In this document: positions 50,828 to 60,771 of the stretch, piece by piece
Layout: each line of letters opens with the position of its first letter
Position numbering within the stretch: position 1 is the stretch's first letter
IMG/VR virus record: IMGVR_UViG_3300044811_000010
Coordinates: 1 to 64,000 of that record
Origin: a virus
Reading direction: 5' to 3' (one strand)
Length of the DNA: 64,000 nucleotides
Position numbers and translations under genes: made by a program
Notes under the pieces: generated by a model
What the model saw: the letters and a program-made list of their open reading frames with translations, nothing else
Databases searched by the model: none
What the model was told of the DNA's origin: nothing

Positions 50828-51471
50828 AGCGTTTCCAGCGCGGTGACGACGCGGCCTTCGAGAACGTCGAGGTCGCCATCGTTGATGATCTTGTAGTCGA
50901 CCAGATACGGCGGCAGCGGCGTCTCTGTCGCGTGGCCGTCGCTTTCGGTGCCGGGGCGTAGGACTTCCCAGACGACGCCGCCGAGCGCCTTGACGCGCTG
51001 AGCCTCGTTGGGGTAACGCACGTCGGTCACGCAGACGAGGTCTGCGTCCGGGTACATGAGCGGCAGCGGATCCAGGCCGCCGGCAAACGCCGGGTAGGGC
51101 AGGATCTGGTCGATCCAGAAGTTGTCGCCGAACACGTCGCGGGCCTTCGCTCCGAAGAGCTGCAGGTACTCACGGCCGCTCAGCGTCTTGATGCTGGCCG
51201 GGTCGCCGAGCATCGTGTCGTCGGGGCCGTTGCCCTCGTACTGATTGAGCTGCGTGACGATGCGCCCGCGTGCCTTGAAGTCGTCCATGTGGTCGATCAG
51301 CTCCTGCGGAGGCCCTTCGTAGCCGAGCACCAAGGCCGCCATGATCTTCAGCTTGTCGGCGAACGCTACGCGCTGAACGAACGCGTCACCATCGCCGTAG
51401 ACGTGGCTGAGGATCGTGTAGGTGGTGTCCTTGCCTGAGGTCTTGAACCCGTTGATGCCGATGAGTGTCAT
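50824..51471 (-). CDS. deoxynucleoside monophosphate kinase
   Basis: IGI.G...SGKDT, FAD.LK, R..LQ.FG, W, TDVRY.NE, H.TE. Confidence 0.9.
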   Translation of the reverse strand: MTLIGINGFKTSGKDTTYTILSHVYGDGDAFVQRVAFADKLKIMAALVLGYEGPPQELIDHMDDFKARGRIVTQLNQYEGNGPDDTMLGDPASIKTLSGREYLQLFGAKARDVFGDNFWIDQILPYPAFAGGLDPLPLMYPDADLVCVTDVRYPNEAQRVKALGGVVWEVLRPGTESDGHATETPLPPYLVDYKIINDGDLDVLEGRVVTALETL

Positions 51472-51472
51472 G

Positions 51473-51838
51473 TTAGAACACGTCTCCGTTCTGTTGGATC
51501 TTGTCGTCCTCATAGGGAGCGACGATGTCGTTGTAGTAGCCGTCCAGCACGGTGTTGAGCACGTAGTGGGCGACGAGGCTATCTGTGGGGCGCCGCCTGA
51601 TGAACTCGCGCCTAGCACACTCCAAGCACCCTACCACGGACGACAGGAGCGCGTAGGAGAGCTTCTTAGCGCCGAGGTAGTCGGCGATCTCCTGCTTGAT
51701 CGCCACGACGAGGTAGGTGTCGTAGTGGTCCAGCATCAACAGGTGAGCAGTGACGACGTAGGTCAGCTCGCCGGGAGTCTCGGCTGTGCGATACCCATGG
51801 TCGAGAGAGTCCTTGGTGGCCTGATCGACGTAGGGCAT
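51473..51838 (-). CDS. conserved phage hypothetical protein
   Basis: MPY...GEL.Y...G.LEC...E..RR...PYED.KI..NGDV pattern. Confidence 0.7.
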   Translation of the reverse strand: MPYVDQATKDSLDHGYRTAETPGELTYVVTAHLLMLDHYDTYLVVAIKQEIADYLGAKKLSYALLSSVVGCLECARREFIRRRPTDSLVAHYVLNTVLDGYYNDIVAPYEDDKIQQNGDVF

Positions 51839-51995
51839 CAGCGCATGACCATCGCGGAGGCGTCCCCGACTGAAAGGAGCGGCCAGAGAACTCGACGCGC
51901 CTCGTTGGTTGCCGTGACGGCGCTGCTCATACGCCGCTCGTCCATGATGAAGGCGGCGAGTGCTGCTACAGCGTCATCGAAGTCGATCTTCGCCA

Positions 51996-52619
51996 TCAGA
52001 CGGCCCTCCGGCCGCGCGGAATGTCGAGGCCGGGGCGATGCTCGCCCAACGTCCGCTGAGAGCGTGAGAGGCCCAGCGGGTCGAGTTCCAGCCTTCCGAC
52101 GCGGTAGGGGCTCTCAGGGAGCGGCGGGGCCTCACGCATGGCCTCCAACAGCTTGCTGTTCTCGTGGTGCTTGATCGCCTCGTCACGGTCAATCTCCATG
52201 AGCACGAACGCCGTGTCCTCAGGACGAATCCACGCATCCTCGATGAAGAGGTAGATAGGCCGCTTGAACCGCTTGGCGATGAACGTCTCGATCTGAGCGC
52301 CGAAGCTATCCTCCCAGCCCTTCAGGCAGATCACGCCAACGCAGCGAGGGTGCATCACGATGTTCACGTCGCGCCGCAGAAGAGCTAGCCCAACAGGCGC
52401 GTCGGAGCGCAGATGCTCCTGCGTGCCGTCGCCGTCCATGACCTCGTCGTAGATCGGGGCGTCGAGGTCAGCCGGGGAGCAGATCGTGTAGTGCGCCTTG
52501 GTGAGCTTCTCTGAAACGCGCTGGAACTCGGGGAAGTTGTGCTGTGGGTAACCCGTCATCGGCCCGGCGAGGTAATAGAACTCCCCGTACGGCACTGGCA
52601 CGTCGATTGTGATGCTCAT
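51996..52619 (-). CDS. DUF4406 / nucleoside deoxyribosyltransferase-like protein
   Basis: YLAGPMTG....NFP.F, PA and L.GWE.S.GA..E motifs. Confidence 0.8.
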   Translation of the reverse strand: MSITIDVPVPYGEFYYLAGPMTGYPQHNFPEFQRVSEKLTKAHYTICSPADLDAPIYDEVMDGDGTQEHLRSDAPVGLALLRRDVNIVMHPRCVGVICLKGWEDSFGAQIETFIAKRFKRPIYLFIEDAWIRPEDTAFVLMEIDRDEAIKHHENSKLLEAMREAPPLPESPYRVGRLELDPLGLSRSQRTLGEHRPGLDIPRGRRAV

Positions 52620-53791
52620 AGCTTGATACCTCCGAAATCCTCGTTGTCGCTAGACGGCAACCTATACCGTACACCAGTCGAGCCATTCTGTCCACTCACA
52701 GATGGCATCTTCTTCACGCGCTTCTCGTCTACGAGCTGCGCCATGATCGGCCGCAGCTTGGAGCGTGTCTCGCCTGTCTCGTCGGCGATGCCGGCCAGGT
52801 TCATGGGCTCGTCGTCGGACTCGCGCAACACAGCCAACACGCCGTCGGCGATGGAAGAGGTAGGAACCCACTTGTACCAGCCCGTCTCACGCTCCCACTC
52901 CATGCGCACAGGGGTCGGGCCGGGGAGATAGCGGGCCTTGCTCCACGTCATTTCCCTGTACTCGTTGTTCTTGACGCTCTCGAAGTTCTCCATGACCGCA
53001 ACGACGCCTTCGAGCACGGTCGATCCTCGCCCGGCGCTCATCTTCTCGCCGTCGTCTCCGACGCCGCCCTTGCGCTCATGGTGGCTAAGAATGACCGCAC
53101 ACTGAAACTCGGTGGCGAGCGCCACGAGGTTGTCCACGACGACGGCCATATCGGTGGCCGAGTTCTCGTCGCCGCTCCACAGCGACCGGAAGGGCTCGAT
53201 GAAGACGATGTCCGGCGAGCACTTGTCGACAGCCGCCCTCAGCTTGTTCAGCCCCTCCGGCTTGTCGAGCTTCATACCTGAGTAGCCGCCGTCGCCGTGG
53301 ATCCAGAGATTGTCCTTGATCAGCTCGCGGTGGTCCTTTTCCAGCGGCCCGTTGTTGAGTAGGATTCCGACCTTCTGGTGGAACATCCCAGCGTTGCCTT
53401 CGTTCTCGGCGATCAGCGTCTTGAGCGGCTTCTCGGGCTGCAGGTAGGTGTTGCCGTCGTGGTCTGTCCAGCCGGGGAACAGCGCCAGCCCGGCCGCCCA
53501 CGCGAAGATGCGGTTCAGGTTCATCGTCGTCTTGCCCTTGCCGGCGCGTCCCAGCGTTGTGGTGATCTCACCGCGAACGGCGATGGTCGGCCACACCAGC
53601 GAGGGCGGAATCGGAATTTCACGGAGTAGGTAGTCCCGCAGCAGCGTCACGTCGGGCTCGAAGGCTTCCTCGGGCGCGATGTTCACGGCCCGCATCTTGA
53701 CCTGAGCGAGCAGGCGCTCGCGCTCGGCCTCGTCGGTGATGGATGCGAAGTGTCGAATGAACCCGTCGATGGCGGGGTTGGCTGTGCTCAT
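52616..53791 (-). CDS. RecA-fold (AAA_25/RepA-like) replicative helicase
   Basis: GRAGKGKTT, E.E, GDENS, ILSHH.RK, GRGS; C-terminal wHTH. Confidence 0.85.
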   Translation of the reverse strand: MSTANPAIDGFIRHFASITDEAERERLLAQVKMRAVNIAPEEAFEPDVTLLRDYLLREIPIPPSLVWPTIAVRGEITTTLGRAGKGKTTMNLNRIFAWAAGLALFPGWTDHDGNTYLQPEKPLKTLIAENEGNAGMFHQKVGILLNNGPLEKDHRELIKDNLWIHGDGGYSGMKLDKPEGLNKLRAAVDKCSPDIVFIEPFRSLWSGDENSATDMAVVVDNLVALATEFQCAVILSHHERKGGVGDDGEKMSAGRGSTVLEGVVAVMENFESVKNNEYREMTWSKARYLPGPTPVRMEWERETGWYKWVPTSSIADGVLAVLRESDDEPMNLAGIADETGETRSKLRPIMAQLVDEKRVKKMPSVSGQNGSTGVRYRLPSSDNEDFGGIKL

Positions 53792-54213
53792 CAGGAGCTG
53801 GGCACTAGCGACGTGATCACGACGACCCGGTCGACGTTCTTGAGCGACACGACGCGGTTGGGGTCGAAGATCGCGCTCTGAGTAGAGCCCTCGCGCGTCC
53901 GTCGGACACGAAGCATGTACGCCTTGGAGTCATCGCGCACGAAGTCTCCGTACACGCGTCCAATCTTGTTCATCGGGTGAGCGGCGCCGGGATCCCAGCG
54001 GCCGGGAATGAGGCGCCTCACGTAAGGCTTCGCCGCGTCACCGGGGATCGACCCGCGCCGGTTCTTCGGGTCGGCAGGGTCCTCAGGTGTGATCGGGATG
54101 ATCTCGGTCACGACGCCTTGGTTGAGGTCGGCGGCAGAGCTACCGCTGCAGGTCGGGTAGACGATGCTATCTCCGACTGCGATGCAGTTCCCCAGATAGT
54201 CTGTGTAGTTCAT
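53791..54213 (-). CDS. hypothetical protein
   Basis: D.LG..I.VGD.IVY motif; coupled ORF. Confidence 0.6.
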   Translation of the reverse strand: MNYTDYLGNCIAVGDSIVYPTCSGSSAADLNQGVVTEIIPITPEDPADPKNRRGSIPGDAAKPYVRRLIPGRWDPGAAHPMNKIGRVYGDFVRDDSKAYMLRVRRTREGSTQSAIFDPNRVVSLKNVDRVVVITSLVPSS

Positions 54214-54216
54214 GGA

Positions 54217-55185
54217 TTAGCTCCTTGGATGGGCGATGGGGCAGTTGGGATGCGCGTACGGCAGGAACAAGGGATCGTCGCACCCAGTGGAAGTGTACTG
54301 GCCTCGCTCAGCGTTCGCGAGGATACGTCGTAGCTCGGAGTCCGGGGCCTTGTCGGGGGACGCCTCGCTGACCGAGCGCAGGATGTCGAGCGCCTCGTCG
54401 TGGTTGACGAGTCGCCAGTTCGTGAGCTGCTTGGCGAGCGCGAAGTAGACCGCGTTGCGATGGCCGTCGAGTACCGGGTTGTCCTCGGCGTGCTCGATGA
54501 CGTGTTCGGCGCAGATGTGCAGGTTCTCCTGCTGGCCGAAATCTGTGCGCTCAGCACGCGCTTCACGCGGGTCGGTAAGCATCATCCACGAGGCACGCTT
54601 GCGCCAGTCGCGCGGGTCGTTCATGGACGCCTCAGCGTCGTCCAAGAACATGGGCAGCTCGGTGGCGAGGTCGTACCAGTCGCCCTCGTGCTCGGCGCCC
54701 TGCATCTGGATCGGGCGCCTGTCGCCATGCCACGGAAGGTTGATGTAGTTGCCCAGCTTGACGCGGGTGAAGTCGGGGTTCTTAGGGAAGACCTCGACTC
54801 CCTTCTTGCCGGCCGCTACGACCGCCTCCTTCAGAATCCCCATCGGAATCCACGCCTCGATGGCGTCTGAGAAGAAGACCCAGACGTGTGCGTTCCCCGA
54901 CCGGGAACTCTCGATCCATGACGTGCCGGGGATGTACTGCTGCATATCGCGGGCAGCCGCGAAATCAGGCTCGTCCAGGTCGATAGCTGCGAAGCGCACG
55001 GTGCTGTCGGCGCGCAGGGGCGCGATGCCCATGCCCGGACCATCGCCGCGCAGGTGCTTCAGCCAGTCCTCGGGCTGCGGGGGTCGCTTGATCCACTCAC
55101 CGTTCCCGGTCCCGAACGCAACCCGGAGGCCATCGAACAGCGCCGTGAATCGGGGCTGCAGTTCATAGAGGTCGCCTGAAGTCAC
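54217..55185 (-). CDS. archaeo-eukaryotic primase (AEP) with PriCT-like C-terminus
   Basis: FAAIDLD, SRSG.AHVW.F, EVFPK, GNYINLP and G.RN motifs; GTG start overlaps the upstream stop. Confidence 0.85.
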   Translation of the reverse strand: MTSGDLYELQPRFTALFDGLRVAFGTGNGEWIKRPPQPEDWLKHLRGDGPGMGIAPLRADSTVRFAAIDLDEPDFAAARDMQQYIPGTSWIESSRSGNAHVWVFFSDAIEAWIPMGILKEAVVAAGKKGVEVFPKNPDFTRVKLGNYINLPWHGDRRPIQMQGAEHEGDWYDLATELPMFLDDAEASMNDPRDWRKRASWMMLTDPREARAERTDFGQQENLHICAEHVIEHAEDNPVLDGHRNAVYFALAKQLTNWRLVNHDEALDILRSVSEASPDKAPDSELRRILANAERGQYTSTGCDDPLFLPYAHPNCPIAHPRS

Positions 55186-55352
55186 GCGAGTGCAACCCCG
55201 AGGCAGGCCGCGAGAAAATAGACCGTAGCGACGATGGCGTAAAACACGCCGAACCAGAAGACGGTCGGGCTGTCGGCGCGCACCATGTTGTAGAGAGCGC
55301 AGCCGGACGCCAGCAGCCCGAATACGCCGGCAAGGTAGAACAGCCCGATCAT
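55182..55352 (-). CDS. small membrane protein
   Basis: two hydrophobic helices. Confidence 0.5.
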   Translation of the reverse strand: MIGLFYLAGVFGLLASGCALYNMVRADSPTVFWFGVFYAIVATVYFLAACLGVALA

Positions 55353-55558
55353 GACTGGCGCTCCGCTGCACGCATCAGCATCGCACGGCCGACAGGGCGA
55401 GGGAGGATACCCTTGAAGGCACGTCGCATCGCCTTGTCCCACGCAATCGCGACCTTCTCGGCCTCCGACATCGCGGCCGCCTCGGTCGACTTGCGCTGCA
55501 GAGCTGCTGCGCGGGCTACCTTCGAAAGATCGACTGCGTTCCTAGGGTCGATGGTCAT
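55349..55558 (-). CDS. hypothetical protein
   Basis: AAGGAGG SD, ATGA coupling. Confidence 0.55.
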   Translation of the reverse strand: MTIDPRNAVDLSKVARAAALQRKSTEAAAMSEAEKVAIAWDKAMRRAFKGILPRPVGRAMLMRAAERQS

Positions 55559-55788
55559 GCGGTGACCTCCTTGATGTAGCGCCGCATGACGATGTCGCGC
55601 GTCGCGCGAAGGCCGGTGCGGTCCTTATCCTCTCGCTCGTCGCCACGGTCAAGCTGCTCGTGGATGTAGTCGATCTTCCGTACATCCTCGGCAGGCATGG
55701 ACTTACGAACAGAGGCGATCTCCTTGCGGAGTTCCTTCTCTCGCTGGGCGGCGCGCTCTACTGCACGCTCTGCTGCGGTCTTAGGGAT
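55555..55788 (-). CDS. hypothetical protein, possible ATC start
   Basis: AAGGAGG-N6-ATC; 77 codons; stop overlaps the next ATG. Confidence 0.45.
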   Translation of the reverse strand: MPKTAAERAVERAAQREKELRKEIASVRKSMPAEDVRKIDYIHEQLDRGDEREDKDRTGLRATRDIVMRRYIKEVTA

Positions 55789-55879
55789 GGTAGACCTCCT
55801 TCTCTTGGATGATGTAGTGCCGGGTCGCCTCCGCCGCGCTCCCGGCCAACGGCTGCTAGGCCGCTCCCTCCGCGCCTCG

Positions 55880-56056
55880 CTAGAAGCGCTTGGACTTGAT
55901 GGCCGCTGCCGCCAGCGCGAAGATCACGAGCGCGAAGACGAGCCCGACACCCCCCACGATCAGCAGGATCGCTCCGACCGTTGCCGCCCCGGTGAACCAA
56001 GACGACCCGGCGAGCAGCAGCACCAGCCCGGCGATGATGAACAGGAAGGCGGGCAT
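55880..56056 (-). CDS. small membrane protein (not in ORF track)
   Basis: 58-aa hydrophobic ORF coupled to the upstream gene. Confidence 0.5.
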   Translation of the reverse strand: MPAFLFIIAGLVLLLAGSSWFTGAATVGAILLIVGGVGLVFALVIFALAAAAIKSKRF

Positions 56057-56892
56057 CAGACTCCCAGCCCACCCTTCGCGTCCGGCTCGACGGGCTTGTC
56101 GCCTGTCGCAGCGGCGACCGCGTTGTCCGACACGCGACCTGCGGCTACGGCCTGCGCCAGCTCGACGGCCTGCGACCGCTCTTCCGGAGTCGTCTCGCGA
56201 CCCAGCGTCGCGTTCAGCAGGTGCGCGGAGCCCCTGTCAAACGTGCGCTTCTCCGTGGACAGGTCGTAGACCTTGTCCCAGAACGGACGGTTGCGCAGCG
56301 ACGCCTTCTTCAGCGTCAGGATCTTGCGGACAGCGGGCATGTTGGTCCGCTGCAGCGATAGACGAACCGGCTGCAGCTCGTCCTCGTCATCGCTTCCCTC
56401 GACCGCGCTGATGACAGCGAGCCCAGTGAAGTTGTGGGTGGTCGAAATCAGCGGGCCCTTGCCCCACTCGATCTCCTTGGCGTTGACGCGCTTCTTGAAC
56501 GTCTCTTCGGCGTCCGGGTGCTCCGAGAACGGAGTCCCGACGAACTGCTCGCCGACGAGGTCAGCCCACGCCTCGGGGATGGAGTCGCCGAAGGCGACGT
56601 AGGCGCGACCGGAGTCGCGGTCGGCCGCGAAGCGGCCCTTCTGGTAGAAGGAGACGATGAACTCCAACTTGTCTCCGATGCCCTGACCAGTCAGGGTGTT
56701 GATGAACTCGCCGGCCTCGGCCTGCTCGTTCTGAACCTCACGGGTGAGGGGCTGACCGATCTTGAGGATCGGTGTCTGGAACAGGTCGGAGTCGATCTCC
56801 GAGTCCTGCTGGGCCTGAAGAGCCTGCAGCTCTTCCGGCGAGATAAGAGCGCCTGCGCTCTCGGGGGCTTCCACGTCGGTTGACGGGGTCAT
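56056..56892 (-). CDS. replication-module protein, possibly ssDNA-binding
   Basis: P.LKI.Q..T.EV.....GEF.N..T pattern; AGGAGG SD; context. Confidence 0.55.
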   Translation of the reverse strand: MTPSTDVEAPESAGALISPEELQALQAQQDSEIDSDLFQTPILKIGQPLTREVQNEQAEAGEFINTLTGQGIGDKLEFIVSFYQKGRFAADRDSGRAYVAFGDSIPEAWADLVGEQFVGTPFSEHPDAEETFKKRVNAKEIEWGKGPLISTTHNFTGLAVISAVEGSDDEDELQPVRLSLQRTNMPAVRKILTLKKASLRNRPFWDKVYDLSTEKRTFDRGSAHLLNATLGRETTPEERSQAVELAQAVAAGRVSDNAVAAATGDKPVEPDAKGGLGV

Positions 56893-56985
56893 GCTGATGA
56901 TGCCTCCTATCGTTGGTTTCTGCGTCTGAGCGGAAGAACCGCGCGACCCACTGAGAGTAGCAGCTCAGTGGGTCGCGCGCAAGTG

Positions 56986-57387
56986 CTAGCCGGTGTGCAG
57001 GTTGAAGTCCGGAATGATGTTCTGCGGCTTGAGGACGATCTCCGTGTGGTACTCGCTGACGTTGAGCCCTTCGAGCTGCGTAGCGACGAAGAACATGTTG
57101 TCGGCGAGGCCGAAGTAGTGCTTCTTGAAGTCGTGCAGACCCTGCTGGCAGGTGACCACCAGCGCCCGGATGCCCGGAAGACTGTCGGAGCCCTCGATGG
57201 AGCAGCGGCCGACAACCTCGAACTCCACCTTGTCGGTGATTCCGTTGACGCCGATGATTCGGCGCTGGCAGTTGAACTTCTCGCATTCGGTGCTGATGTT
57301 CTTCGACACCTTGTCGGCGTTCGACGCACAACCAGCGAGCGGGACGATGAAGACGACAGCGAGAAGAAGTGCGATGGTGCGCTTCAT
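56986..57387 (-). CDS. conserved phage lipoprotein
   Basis: lipobox LAGC; AD.VS.N.S, RRI...NGITD. Confidence 0.75.
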   Translation of the reverse strand: MKRTIALLLAVVFIVPLAGCASNADKVSKNISTECEKFNCQRRIIGVNGITDKVEFEVVGRCSIEGSDSLPGIRALVVTCQQGLHDFKKHYFGLADNMFFVATQLEGLNVSEYHTEIVLKPQNIIPDFNLHTG

Positions 57388-57429
57388 GAGTATGGATCCT
57401 CCTTCGTTGGGATACAGATGACGCGAGGG

Positions 57430-57458
57430 ACGCTACAGCACGCCCCTCGCGATGTCAA
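57430..57458 (-). promoter_or_regulatory. consensus SigA promoter overlapping an inverted repeat
   Basis: TTGACA-N17-TAGCGT on the minus strand; CGCGAGGG...CCCTCGCG. Confidence 0.7.
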
Positions 57459-57461
57459 GCG

Positions 57462-57881
57462 TCAGCTCTTCTGCTTCGTGATGCTCACGAAGCGGCGCTG
57501 GTAGAAGTCAAGGCCGGGCGGCAGCTTCTCGCCCTGCTCAACAGCGTCGCGCACCAGCTCATTGACGCGAGCCATAACGAACTTCGGCTCGCTGACTTCC
57601 TCGACCATCTGGCGCTGCTCGAAGTATTCCTGCGCTTCGTCGGCGTCGATGACGCGGCCGTAGATCGTCTCGCGAGCTTGGAAGCTGACCTTGCCCCACG
57701 GCTCGCCAAGGTCGATGTTGTTGAGCCTGTCCATCGGGCCTTCATCGAGAGCTTCGTACACGTCAGCCTCTGCCTCGCGGTACGCCTTCTCGTCAATCTC
57801 GGCCTGCTTCTTGGACTCGTCCCGGCGCTGCCTCAGCTCCATGAGCCTGCGGAGCTTCTGCAGGCTGTCTTCACCGATCAT
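57462..57881 (-). CDS. coiled-coil hypothetical protein
   Basis: coupled ORF, C-terminal GE.LP.G motif. Confidence 0.6.
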   Translation of the reverse strand: MIGEDSLQKLRRLMELRQRRDESKKQAEIDEKAYREAEADVYEALDEGPMDRLNNIDLGEPWGKVSFQARETIYGRVIDADEAQEYFEQRQMVEEVSEPKFVMARVNELVRDAVEQGEKLPPGLDFYQRRFVSITKQKS

Positions 57882-59743
57882 GCTGCGCCCTCCTTGATCT
57901 CGTCCTTAGGAATCACGGTCTTGACGATGCCTTCCTTGAGCGTGTTGGTCGGCTCGACGTTGTTGGTCGACACGGTGTTGCGCGGGAGCGGGATGTAGAT
58001 GCGGACCAGCTCCTGCTGGCCGAGCCGGTCGCAACGCGACTCCCACTGCTCGTTGGTCGCTGGCACCCAGGCCCGCGTGAGCTGGTACATCGAATGGCCG
58101 CTCGTGAGGGTGATGCCTTCCTTCGTGGCGTCGAGCGTGCCGACGATCACGTCCAGCTCGCCGCGCTGAAAGGCGTCCTCCATCTTCGTGCGGTCCTCCG
58201 GCGGCGTGTCCCCAGTGTACACGCCCACGTCGGCGTTGTACTTGGACCGCAGCCGAGCGGCGAGGATGTTGCAGGACTCCTTGAACTTGCACGCCACAAC
58301 CCACTGAGTAGGCCGCGAGTCGATGAACTTCTGCTCGAAGTCATCCATCAGCGCCGAGTCGTCCTCACCGCCGAGGATCGCCGGGTTCTCAAGGATCTGC
58401 TGGCAGCGAATCATGCGGGCGGCGCCGTTGGGGATGTTGTAGAGCATCCCGACCGGGTCTACCGCCTGCTCGATCTGCAGCGCTGTGGTGTCTCCGGCCG
58501 CCGCGTCCTTCTTGACTTCGAGCCACATGACCTTCTCGGCCTCGTCGTAGAGCTTGCGCTGCTTGGGGTTCAAGTCGACTTCGTACCGAATCCGCTTGCG
58601 CCCCTTGAGGCCGAGGATCGCAGCGGTGCGCCGGATCAGCTTCCCACGCAGCACGAACCGCAGCGCGTCCGGGTTCTTGACGCCAGTGACGACCTTGCGC
58701 TTGTACTGATCCTCCCAGTAGTCAACGTAGTCCTCGTAGAACGCCCAGTAGGCGACGCGGGGGTGGCCTGCGGGGTTCTTGGCCGAGCGCGGGGTGGAGT
58801 TCCCGTACTCGTCCGGCCACAGCCAGCGGAGGATGGACCACAGCTCGTCGGGGGAGTTCATCAGCGGCGTGCCGGTGAGCCCGAGCATCATCTGCCCCTT
58901 GACGCGCCAGAGTCCCTGCGTCTGCTGAGACTTACGGTTCTTGGCGCGGTGGACCTCGTCGGCGATGGTTGCGAGCCATTCAGTGTCCTCGAACAGCGGC
59001 TCCTTCAGCATCGTGACCGTCTTCCGGCCGCCGTTCTTGAGCAGTACCTTCTCCTTCTTGACGCGTAGCTGCTCCCAGTTGACGATGGTCCACGCCGATT
59101 CCTCGATGGCTGCTTCGAGCTGCTTGGACCGTGCCGCCGGCGACTTGGCGTCAACGATCTGGTGTGGAGCGTCTTCAAGCCACCGGCTGATCTCGCGAGC
59201 CCAGCCGCCCAGCACCGAGTTCGGCGCAACGACCAGCTTCGGCCCGTCGATCTGTCCGTTGCGTAGCGCGAACTCTTCGACCGCGCTGATCGCCTCGAAC
59301 GTCTTTCCGAGCCCCATGTCGTCGGCGAGGATAGCTCGCGTCGAGGCCGCCATTGCTGAGACTGCGGCTCGCTGGTAGTCCAGCAGCCCGTCGTACTTCT
59401 CGTCGTTGACGTACTCGGGCTGCCACGGCATGCGCTTAGTCGCCCACGGAACCAGCAGGTCTGCGGCGTCGTCGGGCAGCTCGGTCGTCAGCGACTCCTC
59501 CGCTCCGCCCTTGGCCTCCTTGATCCACTGGATGATCTCAGGGTCGCACTCCGGGCGCAGCGTCTTGAGTACGCGCTCTGCGTTCTGGACCGTCGCCGGG
59601 ACGATCCACAGCTTCGTGTCCCAGTCGAACCGGCGTCCGGGGATGTCGCTGACCTTGTCCTTGGCATCCTGGAATTCCATGCCACGGCAGCCCGATAGGG
59701 CCAGTTCCAGCGAGTCTCCGTTTCGCGTCAGGACAGGCGGCAT
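57878..59743 (-). CDS. SNF2-family helicase
   Basis: LADDMGLGKT, DEVHR.KN, LTGTP..N.P.EL, EGITL and R.DRLGQ motifs. Confidence 0.92.
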   Translation of the reverse strand: MPPVLTRNGDSLELALSGCRGMEFQDAKDKVSDIPGRRFDWDTKLWIVPATVQNAERVLKTLRPECDPEIIQWIKEAKGGAEESLTTELPDDAADLLVPWATKRMPWQPEYVNDEKYDGLLDYQRAAVSAMAASTRAILADDMGLGKTFEAISAVEEFALRNGQIDGPKLVVAPNSVLGGWAREISRWLEDAPHQIVDAKSPAARSKQLEAAIEESAWTIVNWEQLRVKKEKVLLKNGGRKTVTMLKEPLFEDTEWLATIADEVHRAKNRKSQQTQGLWRVKGQMMLGLTGTPLMNSPDELWSILRWLWPDEYGNSTPRSAKNPAGHPRVAYWAFYEDYVDYWEDQYKRKVVTGVKNPDALRFVLRGKLIRRTAAILGLKGRKRIRYEVDLNPKQRKLYDEAEKVMWLEVKKDAAAGDTTALQIEQAVDPVGMLYNIPNGAARMIRCQQILENPAILGGEDDSALMDDFEQKFIDSRPTQWVVACKFKESCNILAARLRSKYNADVGVYTGDTPPEDRTKMEDAFQRGELDVIVGTLDATKEGITLTSGHSMYQLTRAWVPATNEQWESRCDRLGQQELVRIYIPLPRNTVSTNNVEPTNTLKEGIVKTVIPKDEIKEGAA

Positions 59744-59861
59744 CAGGAGCGCGTCGAGCCGCCGCCGTAGCGGCGTTCGTAGGCCGCCTTCTTAGCCAGC
59801 TCGTCAGCGAGGATCGTGACCTGCTTGATCAAGCTGATGATGGCGTGCTCTAGAGCCATGC

Positions 59862-60080
59862 TCATTCGACGCGCTCGGCTTCCATGGCAGAGATGTTCTG
59901 GGGGTTGACGTAGAGGATCTTCACGGGTAGTCCTTCGAGCTTGACGCGCTCTTCAGCGATAAGCGCGGGGATTCCGTACGTCTCCTCGTTGACGAGGCTG
60001 ATGTAGTTGATCCCCGAAAACTCGATGGGCTCCCCTGTTTCGTCAGCGGCGGGAAAGACCCGTACGTTGATCGTGTTCAT
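59862..60080 (-). CDS. hypothetical protein
   Basis: AAAGGAG SD. Confidence 0.55.
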   Translation of the reverse strand: MNTINVRVFPAADETGEPIEFSGINYISLVNEETYGIPALIAEERVKLEGLPVKILYVNPQNISAMEAERVE

Positions 60081-60221
60081 GGGTAATGGTGCTCCTTTCG
60101 GGGCGAGTGATGTTGTAGATGGGCCTCCGGCTTACACGACGCCGCCACATAGGACGCACGCCCCTCCATCCTCATCCAACCGGAGGCCCACCAAGAACGG
60201 TAGCAGACGATGCCGTCTGCG

Positions 60222-60551
60222 TCAAACCTTGGGAGGCTTGCGCGGGTTGAATCCTGCGGCCCTCGCGAGGACGCCAAGCCGCGTCCGGAGGTTCTTCACG
60301 TCCTGCTCGGCGGCCTTGAACTGCCGGCCCTGAGGGGTGCCCTCCCAGCCCGGCGCGTCCGCATCCTCAGCACGTAGTAGCTGCCGCTCCATCTCGGCGT
60401 TGCGGGCCATCACGTCGGCGCTTGCGAGCGAGTCCGTGAGCAGGTCCACCAGCGCCAGCGACTGCCTTGCGGCGCGCTCGGCGACTTCGAACGGGTCGCC
60501 GTCGAAGTCGCGAGGGTCGCTGATGGAGAAGTTCTTGATCCTTGGTCCCAT
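60222..60551 (-). CDS. hypothetical protein
   Basis: AGGAGG SD before ATG 60551. Confidence 0.55.
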   Translation of the reverse strand: MGPRIKNFSISDPRDFDGDPFEVAERAARQSLALVDLLTDSLASADVMARNAEMERQLLRAEDADAPGWEGTPQGRQFKAAEQDVKNLRTRLGVLARAAGFNPRKPPKV

Positions 60552-60579
60552 TTCACTGCCTCCTAAGTCCGTAGACTGA

Positions 60580-60771
60580 GTGTTGATGTCTGCGCCTGAA
60601 GCCAAGAAGAGGTCGTTGTTCCCATGGTTCTATGCGACGCGTGGGCTGGGTGTAGTGTTCTTGCTCTACGGGTTGCTTCATGACCACTCCGGAGATCGGG
60701 GCACCATCATCCTCACGGGCGCTGGCCTGATCGGAGTCGACAAGGTGGCTCGTTCAGAACCCGGAAAGTAA
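60580..60771 (+). CDS. small membrane protein
   Basis: hydrophobic segments. Confidence 0.5.
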   Translation: MLMSAPEAKKRSLFPWFYATRGLGVVFLLYGLLHDHSGDRGTIILTGAGLIGVDKVARSEPGK

